A DNA stretch of 29,006 nucleotides from Utricularia gibba (taxonomy: Eukaryota; Plantae; Magnoliophyta), in NCBI GenBank assembly GCA_002189035.1, contig NEEC01000252.1:1-29006 (forward strand), in the 5' to 3' direction. Below are positions 9,492 through 19,790 of this stretch, piece by piece. Made by a program: the position numbers and the translations under genes. Position 1 is the stretch's first letter. The number at the start of each line of letters is the position of its first letter. The notes below the pieces were generated by a model. The model was given only the letters and a program-made list of their open reading frames with translations, was not told where the DNA came from and did no database searches.

Positions 9492-12400
9492 CTAATGCAT
9501 AAAGTGGATGGCTGTTGTTGCCCGGCTTCCTCTTATTGTTCTCCGGATTCCGTTTGCTGTGACTAAAAGGCAAACCCAGATACTTTTACGCAGACAGACC
9601 TCGGATATAACCTCATCTATCAACAACTTCTCAATGTCCACGCCTACACCGTCGATTTCTCCCTTGACATCTGACCACTGCATCTCCTTGTCCAATTCTC
9701 CTTGTGATGCTTCCACTTCCCACTTGGAAAAATCCCGGCTGATCAGTTTGTCGATGGCATCACCAACTGCTTCTTTTTCCCGTCTGGAATTCATCCCCCC
9801 TACCAATTTCGGCATCACCCACGGGTAAGAGTCAACATGGTCTCGGAAGACATCTAGGAGGTCTGCATTTAACATGTCAAAAAGTAGCTTCCTTTCTGAC
9901 TTCGACCCACTTGTTCCAGTCCCGTACTTCTTCTCAAGTTCGTCGAACAGACCAGCGTCCAGAGGGTTCTCTGGATAGTGCCAGTTTGTTCCTAAGAGGC
10001 TAAAATCCGTCTCTTCAAGGCCTGAGCCGATCAGCACGTTCACTGCGTAAGTCGTCCGCCAGCATTCAGATTCTTCTCCCAAGTTGCTTTCAGATGCTAC
10101 GCTCGTGGTCTCTTCTTCAACGGGAGCAATGGTGGATGCAGCACATGTACCAGACTCCAGCTTCAAAAGCTGCAAGTGTCTTCTTAGTTCTATACGAGAA
10201 AGATGAGGGTAATGGTTACAACCTGCTGAATTTCTGTCCCAAATGCTCCCTAACCAACTAGCATGCGAGAATTTCGAAGAGCTCCATACAGATAAGGTTA
10301 CTCTGTAAGACAAGTTCCATACCATGTAGTTCGGCGCTGACTCTTTCAAAATTTTCACAGGTTGATATATACTCCCGAGACGGGATTTCAAGAACTGAGA
10401 CTGGGCTTGGATGATCGGCCTCTTTAGAGCTCTCAGATGAATCAGGCTCGGTTTTTCGGCATCGTGAGGGAGGAGAACTTTGGGCAAATGTTCCCTGGGG
10501 AAGTTCCTGGAGGATCACAAACACATTTTAACAATCAATCAACAAAGTAGATGTAGATCCGTCATACCACAGTAACTAATACACATGACCCTGCCTGATG
10601 CTATGTAAACCAGAAGCTCACTTTGTAGAAGCAAAGATCTAATTCAAACCTGGAGATTGGAGTCTTTGCAGCATGAAGGAACGCACTCAGGATTGTCAGA
10701 TAACTGCTTTTCTGGTATGTTGGGTGCTGAAGGGTCTGCTTCACTGGCATTTAGATGCCGAAAAGAACGAGGCTTCTTGCTACAAAAACTTGAATTTTTA
10801 TACAAATTATTTTCTATGTCATCGCATTTTCCTTTCGCCTCGTTTTTACCAAAGTGCACCCCACTGCTGTGCGGCAGACGCTGAGTTCCAATCATCTCAT
10901 TTTTTATATGGTTTATCTCACCTAAAGAAGTAGGCTTTGATATTGATCTAGATGAATTCAAGCTTTTGCCATCTTCCCAACCATCCTTGCTACTGATGCC
11001 CAAAGGAGCATGCTGTATAGAGGCTACACTACAGCTAACAAAAGGGTTCTTCTTTGCCACATCAGAAGTGCTTTCAGGAGTTAAATCCATTGGTCCAGAA
11101 TCCCTTTCCGAGAAGGCAAGCGTTTCAGCTATTGTGCTGCCACTGTTAAACATCTCCAACTCCTGATATTTCCGAGAACTTTTCAGTTTCCCAGATAACC
11201 ACTTTGTATTTTGCCTACTCATTGATGGTTCTCCAGAACGAGAGGATGAGCATGCATGGAGTACACATTGGTCAAGTGAATGTCGGTAGGGAAATCTAAA
11301 AGGTTCAAACTTGCTTCCTGAATCACTTTCAATCGACTCAGATGAGCTACCATCTCCGACATATCCACTAAAAGCGGAGGAAACTACCTCAGCAGTTTCA
11401 TCCTTATACTCTCTCATTCTCGAAGCAACTTGAAAGGCAATCTCACCAGCCTCTCTAGGCATGCGCCTTAGCAAACCCATTTGATGAGATGAATATCTTT
11501 CCGTCGAAGTTTCCTTTACTGATTCAGTTGTACATTGATTTCTCCTTACATGGTAGTTATGCAGATGGCCATAAGGCACATCAGCTAACGAGCAGGATGC
11601 CCCTGCATTCCTGATCTTCCCCAGGTTCGGCTTTAGCACCACAATCCTTGTAGGTAGTGTAATCCTATCAACCCCTTTCTCGAACGAAACAGTGAGCGAA
11701 TTATCACTAGAATCAAGGAGAAGGCCATCTTTGCGCATCAGGTGAGTAGCGGAGTGTAACATACCAGAGAAATGCCTCCTTGATCTCCTAGCTTTTGAAT
11801 TTCTTTCAGTTTCAGGGCTCAAATGTTTTAAAACTGTGATAGGGCTCCCAATAGAAGCCTGGCCATCATCCTGGAAACCAATTGAATGCCTTGGAACCAA
11901 AGAACCTGGTTGCTTGAAAATTTTCTGCGGTTTCACTTTGGCACAGTCAAGCATATCTAACTCCCCATCCAGATCACCTGAGTCTTGAAGCATTTCGTCA
12001 GTTGAAAGTTGCTCAGCATCAACATCATGATCCGCCAGAAATGAATTCGTGTTCCACCTTGAAGAATACACACGATTTATGCAGTGCGGCCCTCCCATAT
12101 CCTCATGCACATCCTTAAACACCGGTTGGTTCGTTGAGCTTCTATGATTGATTAGGTTCTCAAGAAAATGGGGGCTCCAATTAGCAGAATTTGAAGCATT
12201 CCTCTGTAGATAGAAGTCCGGTGATTCCTGTTGTTTTCTGTGAGCATTGCTAGGAGATGGCAATCCTTCATCGCCCATTAACCGCGCAATAACACTCTGC
12301 GTTGTCCTCTTGTGTTGAATTTCCTTGGACATTTCCTCTGCTAAAAGCTTCCTCATTGGTAATCCAGTGGCTCGGGCACTGGGCCTCTTCCTCATCTCGA

Positions 12401-12737
12401 GGGTGTACTGATGAAGCCAAAACTGATTACTCGAGATTTCGATAAAGCATCATGTTCTCAGAGTGAAGAGAAGTTGAGAAGTGCATACCATATCATCTCT
12501 TTTGCTAACATCCATATAAGAATGTGAATCTGCAGACAGCTTCGGAGTAGATTTGTGGATCTCGCCCCGTCGGATCCCTGTCAAACACCCAAAATTGTAC
12601 ATCATTCTCTTTCCAGACGAAGCAAGGTAGTAATATTCAAAAGCACTTCTGTTCTCATGGCCACATTAGAAGAACTGCAAGAAATAACCTTCAATGCCGA
12701 AGGCACTTTTCGACTTTCCGTACGGAGCTTTCCTCAT
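9492..12737 (-). CDS. TON1-recruiting motif (TRM/LONGIFOLIA-like) protein with VARLMGL-like motif, degenerate DUF3741 and C-terminal DUF4378. Coding exons 12737-12689, 12577-12489, 12407-10650, 10506-10323, 10189-9492
   Basis: PMRKLLAEEMSKE, SVIARLMG, PTRIVVLKPN, HPSPVSVLE, ERKLLFDMLN, DIEKLLIDEV. Splice phases are consistent. An alternative acceptor at 12423 is possible for the large exon. Confidence 0.88.
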
Positions 12738-12865
12738 TTCCTTTTTGTGAACTCACTACAACAAGCAAAGAAGCCGGTATAGCCAAAGAAAGATGCTGGT
12801 ACCCACAGCCCACCATTTACATTACTAAAAGAAAAGCAGAGAAAGTGAAGAACCCTTACCGATGC

Positions 12866-12952
12866 TCATTTGAAATCAGAAATTTCGAGCAAGCGAGCCA
12901 CAGACGGTGCCACCTCGAAAACCGTCGCCATCCAGAATCCAGCTGATGTCAT
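12866..12952 (-). other. 28-aa upstream ORF in a 5'UTR exon (12972-12860) of the TRM gene
   Basis: ATG at 12952 to TGA at 12868-12866 reads MTSAGFWMATVFEVAPSVARLLEISDFK*. The exon is bounded by TTTGTGTAG| and |GTAAGG. Confidence 0.5.
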
Positions 12953-13655
12953 TCACAGATCGAGATCTTCACCTACACAAAACAAAACAAAAAAAAAAAA
13001 AAAGAGTAATGAATGCGCAGATCCAGGTCCTTGGAAACACACTGCGCTCCACCATCCTGTGTAGAGAACAAGGAAAGAGAGCAAGCCAAGTAGAGAGAAG
13101 GGCTAGCACACATACCATAGGAGTAGCGGGCCTTCTCAGCAGATGACAAAGACGAGGTACGCACACACATCCCCACCTATAGAAGGAAAGAGGAAAGAGG
13201 CACGGAGAGCATGTGAGAGAGAGGAGTGGAGCCGGTGGGCAAGGCGGGGGGCGGGCGGGCAAGCATTAATGGCGGAACTGGACTCCCCCAGTTTGAAAAC
13301 TTTCCTCCTCACTTTCCCACATTTGAACATGAAAATTCATTGCATTTCTAACGCTAAATGGAGCGGCATATGCACGTGGCATTCCTATGATCAGCCACGT
13401 ATGACAAACGTAGAAACCCGGAGCAGCAAGGGGTTACTCTTGTTCCTACAAAAAAATGAAAACAAAAAAAAGGGCGTTGGACTTCGTACGGGCAGAGATG
13501 CCCCGGAGGTGGGGGCGGGGCCACCGCTAGTGGCTGCCAGTTTCGAGAAATAATGCGAACTAGAGAGAGAGACTGGTACAGAATAAACAAGGAACCCCCG
13601 TCCAGTAGCGGGAGAGCCTAGGCCTTTAGTCTCACTAGAAACAAAACAAGACGAC

Positions 13656-13700
13656 GAGCCGAGCCGAGTCTAGCCTAGCCGAGCCGAGCCGAGCCGAGCC
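13656..13700. repeat. Pentanucleotide (GAGCC)n microsatellite, 9 units, 3 of them imperfect
   Basis: gagcc gagcc gagtc tagcc tagcc gagcc gagcc gagcc gagcc. Confidence 0.95.
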
Positions 13701-13881
13701 GCTCTTAATGAATAATGTATGTGGGTAGGCAACAGCAGCTGGAGCCGGAGGTATGTTTTGTTTCATTTCATTCGGTAGGAGGAGTTTAGTAGGCGATGTG
13801 AATGAAGCCAGAGACCACAACGAGCCAGACGACACGTGTAGCATAAACAAAAAGAGTTAGCCAGCACGGGAGTTCTGTTGC

Positions 13882-14018
13882 GGCCCACGGGAGAAACAGC
13901 GCTTCTAAGTAGCCCACATCGATTCTTCAGAAGCCCATTCACATGACCTGGGCTTTAATGATGGGCTTGGTGTTTCAACAACTATAAAGTCTGCAACTTC
14001 CGCACCCGGAACCCTTAG
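13882..14018 (+). promoter_or_regulatory. RPL23A promoter: five site II elements (13882, 13911, 13932, 13949, 13962), TATAAA (13983-13988) and telo-like AACCCTTAG near 14010
   Basis: Cluster of GGCCCA/AGCCCA/TGGGCT motifs, typical of plant ribosomal-protein promoters. Confidence 0.7.
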
Positions 14019-14149
14019 CCGGCGGCAGTTCAGGTTCTCTCTTTCACAGCGTTGTTCGGATTGAATCTTGTGGCTTCACCCATCTCATCTTCTTAATTTT
14101 TTCGCAGCGGAGTGCTTTTATCGAGAGGTACAGGCAACATCTGGTTACA

Positions 14150-15135
14150 ATGGCCCCTGCGAAAGGTAATTGCTTTTCCTCGCCTTAATTGGAACGAATG
14201 ATCTTCTCTGATTTGTGTTTCTTAGAGCGTAGAGCCACTCTGAATTCCCGGTATTGCAGTAAGATATGGTTTCTGTGCACTCAAGATTCGTTTTTGGTTG
14301 TCTTTATCCATGGCGCTTTTATGCTGTAGCCCTATTCTCATGATAAGGAAGCTCCCTGAGGCCATTGTTAGGGTTTTACGTGAGGTGCTATGCGCCTCTA
14401 GGGTTACATGATCCGAGTCTAAATTATTATGTTTTGAATATCTTTTATAGCTGATGCCACCAAGAAGTCGGACCCGAAAGCTCAGGCGTTGAAGGCAGCC
14501 AAAGCTGTGAAAGCTGGTTCAACCACCTTCAAGAAGAAGGCAAAGAAGATACGCACGAGCGTTACCTTTCACAGGCCAAAGACATTGAAGAAGGACAGGA
14601 ATCCCAAGTATCCCCGTGTCAGCGCCCCAGGACGCAACAAGCTTGACCAGTACCAGATTCTGAAATACCCGCTTACCACGGAGTCTGCTATGAAGAAAAT
14701 TGAAGACAACAACACATTAGTCTTCATTGTGGATATCCGTGCTGATAAGAAAAAGATCAAGGATGCTGTCAAAAAAATGTATGACATACAGACCAAGAAG
14801 GTCAACACTCTTATCAGGTACTACTCGTTCTCTTATCTGAAACTCTGTGTGAGGCGGCATTATTTGCTGCAGGGGTCAAGACATAGTTAATCACTATGCG
14901 CTGATGCCCTTTTTTGATATGGATGCTCGTTCATTTACCTCTTAATGGTGCTTCTTGCGTATGAATTTGTGGGTCGTGAAAGAGTCATGTCAAGCATTCT
15001 CATTACGTTTAGTAGATGATTCCTTGGGCTCTATTGTCTTCATCTTTCAGGCCGGATGGTACTAAGAAGGCATACGTGAGGTTGACACCGGATTATGATG
15101 CTCTGGATGTTGCCAACAAGATTGGAATCATATGA
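14150..15135 (+). CDS. RPL23A: 60S ribosomal protein L23a (uL23), 155 aa. Exons 14150-14165, 14451-14817, 15051-15135
   Basis: [26 protein letters not shown]...[14 protein letters not shown]...[23 protein letters not shown]...KVNTLIR|[27 protein letters not shown]. Intact. Confidence 0.99.
14369..14405 (-). promoter_or_regulatory. Telo-box motifs in RPL23A intron 1
   Basis: TAGGGTTTT at 14369-14377 and TAGGGTT at 14399-14405. Confidence 0.45.
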
Positions 15136-16262
15136 CTTTTGATAGCTCTCTCTGGTTTCATTCCTCCTCGGTAGAATGTTATGATGGCACTTGGATTTTC
15201 TTTGAATACTATTTTTGTTATGTTACCGATGTTTAAGAAGTGGTTTGCACCGGATATGTTTTGCCATTTTTCTTTGTATTTGGGTCAGTATCAATCATGG
15301 GATTTTCCTATTGTTCTCTTACTAATGGGGTTGAGTATCCATCCATCTCTTCACAAGCAAGTGGTTTATGGCAAGAGTAAGGGCAGGTTTGGTCGTCTGG
15401 TTTAGGGTTCAGATTCAAGAAAAAACAGGTGTTTGTCTGAGGGTTTACCCAAACACCCGATTCAGGAAAACTGGTGTGAAATCCGCGTACTTGAATTTAC
15501 AAAGAATCCATCTGCTCCATGGTTCTTGAAATCTTTCTTGGTGATGCTCATGCCCCTCAATTCAAATTGAGTGTTTTTGGAAATTCTATGATCAAGTAGA
15601 AAAATTTTTCGCGATGTGCCACCTCCAATTTTCTAGATTGGGTAAATTTTCCAGTGTGTTGTAGTTGACAATTGGGGCTCGGGTCAGGTTGAGACCCGAT
15701 TCTATAGGATTTTAAAATCGATAAATATAATTCATTCGGGTCGGATCAATCCTTCTTTTTTTAAAAAGATATTTTATAAAATTAAATAGTTGAATTATAA
15801 ATATTAATTTTAATCAAATAATTAATGTAAATTAATAAAAATGTAACATAAATTCTCATTATTTATAAAAAAAATATAATGTGATTTGTATTTAAATAAA
15901 ATTATGCAAGTTAAAAAATTATATAAAAATAATTATAAATAATATTTAACTTTTATATTCAAAAAAATATGAAAAACATGTAAGATCAATTTTGATTTAA
16001 AGTCGAATCAATCTTAAAGATTTTGATATTCTAGTCATAAAGTTCAATGAAAGTCTAGATGGCCAACCGATTACCGGACTTAAACCTAAGTTTTCATTTC
16101 TAATCATTGATGACATGTTCTTCAATATTTGTATTTTATATGATTGCTTTAAGTTCTAGGTGTTTGTTAGTTCTATGACACCACATTTTCACTATTGCAT
16201 TTTAGTGTCATTATGTTAGCTAATATTACAATTGTGACAATTATATCATAGAGTGTAGAGTG

Positions 16263-16512
16263 TAGAACAACAATTTTGAGGAATAGATTCTATTAGTTTT
16301 CAAAAGGATATTTACAACTCACACACTTCCAAATTCTTTAATCTCCTATTTATACTATAATATGAAACATTTTATATAATTCTAAACTCATTATTTTTAG
16401 ATTATTCTATGTTTTTTTAAATTCTTCTTGAAGTTTACCACCATTTTCTAAAATACTCTAGGCTTTTCTTAAATTGGGTTGGGCTGTACTTCTTCATTGT
16501 TGAGCTCTTATC
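16263..16512 (-). repeat. Copia 3' LTR (approximate)
   Basis: Follows the PPT, starts GATAAGAGCTC and contains TATAAATA. Aligns by eye to 18444-18262. The distal end is inferred from the TSD. Confidence 0.65.
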
Positions 16513-17304
16513 CCCTCAATATTAACTTCTCTAGAATTAGTGATTTATGGACTACTCCAAATTATTCTCCCATTTCTTGAAATTTGGTGATAAAGAGTCC
16601 TTTGGTGAATATGTCAACTATTTGATTTTCAGTTGTGATCAGCTTCATATCAATCGTTTCCTAGAAAATCTTCTCTCAAACAAAGTTATAATATACCTCA
16701 ATATGTTTAGTCTTTGCATGGAAGATGGATTTTCGAAAAAAAAAAACAAACAATCGATCTATTGTCACAAAATACAGTAGCTCGATTTACCGATTGATGT
16801 AAATCTCTAAGTAACCATGCTAACCAAGTGCTCTCTTGTGCAGCTGTAGTAGCAGTTCTATATTCTGCTTCGATTGTTCATAAAGACACCGTGGGTAGTC
16901 TTTTGTTGCATCAAGATATACCTCCAGATCCAATTTTGAACGCATATCCAATAGTTGATCCTTGTATCACAATTTTCTGCGTAATCACAGTACCTTATCA
17001 CATGCAACTTATCCTCTTTACGATACCAAATATCATAATTTAAAGTACTCTTCAAATAACGCAGAACTCCCTTGATTGCTTCAAGATGAGGCTTCTTGGG
17101 TTCTTGCATATGCCGACTAACAACACCTATTGCATAGGATATATCTAAGCAAGTGATCGTGAGATAGATAAGACTTCACACTAGTTGTCCATACAGCCTA
17201 GTGTCTTCTAGATTTTTTTCTTTGACGCCACTTAATTTAGCTCTTGACTCTGTTGGCATAGCCAATGGTTTGCACTTTATCATATTTTAAGTTTTCAGGA
17301 AATC

Positions 17305-17307
<3 letters not shown>

Positions 17308-17346
<39 letters not shown>
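17308..17346. repeat. (TA)n microsatellite, about 19 units, inside the Copia RT remnant
   Basis: Perfect TA run. Confidence 0.98.
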
Positions 17347-17351
<5 letters not shown>

Positions 17352-18261
17352 CTCATTTCTTCTTTAGTTCTCTTGACTTCAAATTCCAAAAAATGCTATA
17401 ACTCGTCTAATTCCTTCTTGTGAAATCTCACTAAGAGATTTTTTAATTTATTGAATTTCTTCAATGAAATCTTCAGTTAGAATTAGATTATTGACATAAA
17501 CCAAGATCACAGCCAATTTCTTCCCTATGAACTTAATGAATAGGCTTGGATCTAAGGTTGCCATTTTATAATTATTGTGAATGAGAAACTTACTTATCTT
17601 TCCATACCAGGCTCTTGGCACTTATCTAAGGTTACCATTTTTACATTTATTTTTCAGAGCTTACATCCTTTAATTGCTACTAAGGTTATAAGAGCTCGGG
17701 CTGTAGTTATTTTAGCCATCCGGCTAAAAGTTTCATCGTCGTCTAGTCCATATTATTGAGAAAAGTCTCTTGCAACCAAACAAGCCTTGTACCTCTTGAT
17801 TTTATCGTCTGGTTTAGTCATTATTTAATAAACCCATTTGCAAGAAATAGGCTTTATTTCTTTTGGTTTGGGCACAAATCCCACATTTGGTTCTTTTAAA
17901 GACCATTCATTTCTTCTTTCATTGGTTTTTTCCATACTTCTTTCTTAGCGTCTTCTTCATAGATAATAGGCTTATGTATCTCTTCAAGTATTGCAGAATC
18001 TGTATACTTCGGATTTGCTCATCTTTCTCTTGAAGATCGACATAGGGTGGAGGGAGTTCTTCCAATTCTTCTTGCTATTGAGAGTTTCCTTTTTCTTAAT
18101 GATGAACTCTTGTTTGCCATGGATTTTTCACACTCACTTAAACTATAGCATAGAACATTCTAAACCTACCATATTTAAACTCCTGTGTGCTCTAGTATAC
18201 TTTTTCTACCATGTTGCTATAGTATGGTAGAAGTAGCAAATATGGGAGTTCTTCTTGATGA

Positions 18262-18444
18262 TTCCCAAATACTTAATCTCTTATTTATACTGCAGCATAA
18301 AACATTTTAAATAATTTTGGACTCATTATTTTTATACTATTCTATATCCTTTTAGATTTCTTGAGGTTTACCGTCATCTTTAAAGATTCTAGACTTTTGT
18401 TAGACTAGGTTGGGTCTTAATTTTTCAGCACTGAGCTCTTATCA
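18262..18444 (-). repeat. Copia 5' LTR, truncated shortly after its TATA box
   Basis: Starts TGATAAGAGCTC. About 75-80% similar by eye to the 3' LTR, then joins directly to integrase-tail/RT sequence. Confidence 0.7.
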
Positions 18445-19790
18445 GAGTGCATAGTTTTGAAGTTGACTATATGTTTATATAGTTTGATAGCGTTTTTGTT
18501 CATTGTGTCCCTGATTTACTTGGTAGATATTTAAGAGTCAGATTGGCTACATTTATTCCTCTTCATTTAGTTGGCCTGCAAATGTTATGAGGCACCATGA
18601 TTCCATGAATTTGGTTATGCCACTTTGATTATTTAAAGAAAAAAAATTCATTCTTCATCAAGCCTCCAATGATGCTTGGTTTTAATTTCATCATCAATTC
18701 TTCCTAGAGTATGCATCCACTGATGGATTTCTGCTCTGATCATTATTATGACATAAAAAAAAGGGACGAGTGCACCAAAACAACACCTAAGTGTAAAATT
18801 AGAGCAAACCTTAGGTAACTGCTGCAGAAGAAAGATTCCTGTATGCCTTCACTCTAAAAATTTCATCCAAGTCCACTAACTATAAACCAACAAAAATGCA
18901 CCTGAAATCCCACAAACACCAAATCGATTTTGCTACTAAGACAAACATATACCTCATCACTGAAAAAATAAAATAACCTAAATAATAGCATTATTTAGTT
19001 CCACATGAATCTTCCATTTATGGGTTAGATGCAAAACATTGTGAGTTGTCAAATTGGCGTCAAGAAGAGACTCATGCCTACACTCTAGGCAACCTTGCTG
19101 CAATAGCGTTACACTCATTCTAAATGACCTTTGAATACTATTTATAGAATTATATTGATATAATCACAATTTATGTAGAATGTTTTTGATGATTGAATGA
19201 ATTCATTGTCTTCTTCACACCAAACTAACATTTATTCAAACTGCATTTAAATAGAGTCTTATTTATTCAAAATTTTTAATGAATAAAATCTTCATTATCA
19301 TCTTTTGAGGTTAGAAACTTCATTATTACCGCATAGTGGAATGGATTTAACACTTGAAAAATTTGAACAATCAACTTCTGTTAATTATATTATTAGAAGA
19401 AAATGAATCAGAACGAAATTACTAGAAATTCCAATTCCGACAATACTCCCAGATTGAAATAGTGAACTGAAATCGAAACGATTGACAAATATTGTACCTG
19501 AACCGGTCCCGGTTCGAACTACTCCCAAGTCCCAACCAACAATGTCCGTATAAATTTGATTGCTACGAGTGGGAGAGGCGGAAGTTGCTTTTTCAGATAG
19601 TGGAGCGTGAGTGGTGAATCCACCAAGAGCAAAACAAGAGTGGTTTCAATCCCCACGTGACATGGACATTGCGTGTGGGTGAGTGTTGGGTTAACCATGT
19701 CCTAATCACATACGCCACGCCACACCTGTGCTCTTTATTACTTTCGCACATTTGTCATTCATAACTAATGTCGTCTAATAAACTTCTTTA

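Larger units (their letters stand above)
16263..18444 (-). mobile_element. Degenerate, internally deleted Ty1/Copia LTR retrotransposon
   Basis: Decayed RT/RNaseH on the minus strand: WDLVPKPKEIKPISCKWVY, YKA.LVA, ILVYVNNLI (from YVDD), CKPLAMP, MQEPKKPHLEA, EAEYR, TKHIEV, QIVDIFTKGL. PPT ATTGAGGGG at 16520-16512. Diverged direct repeats at both ends, and GAGTG on both flanks (16258-16262, 18445-18449) as a candidate TSD. Confidence 0.85.

Noticed and set aside
12969-13850. Cluster of 64-136 aa ORFs in the TRM leader region
   Set aside because: Low-complexity products of GC- and CT-rich UTR and microsatellite sequence.
14166-15050. Intronic snoRNA in RPL23A introns (animal RPL23A hosts snoRNAs)
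   Set aside because: The best candidate (ATGATCT...CTGA, about 14197-14250) has a non-consensus C box and is too short. No H/ACA layout was seen.
15660-16100. hAT-MITE-like remnant (GGGTCGG/ACCCGA motifs around an AT-rich core)
   Set aside because: No matching right terminus or 8-bp TSD; boundaries cannot be supported.
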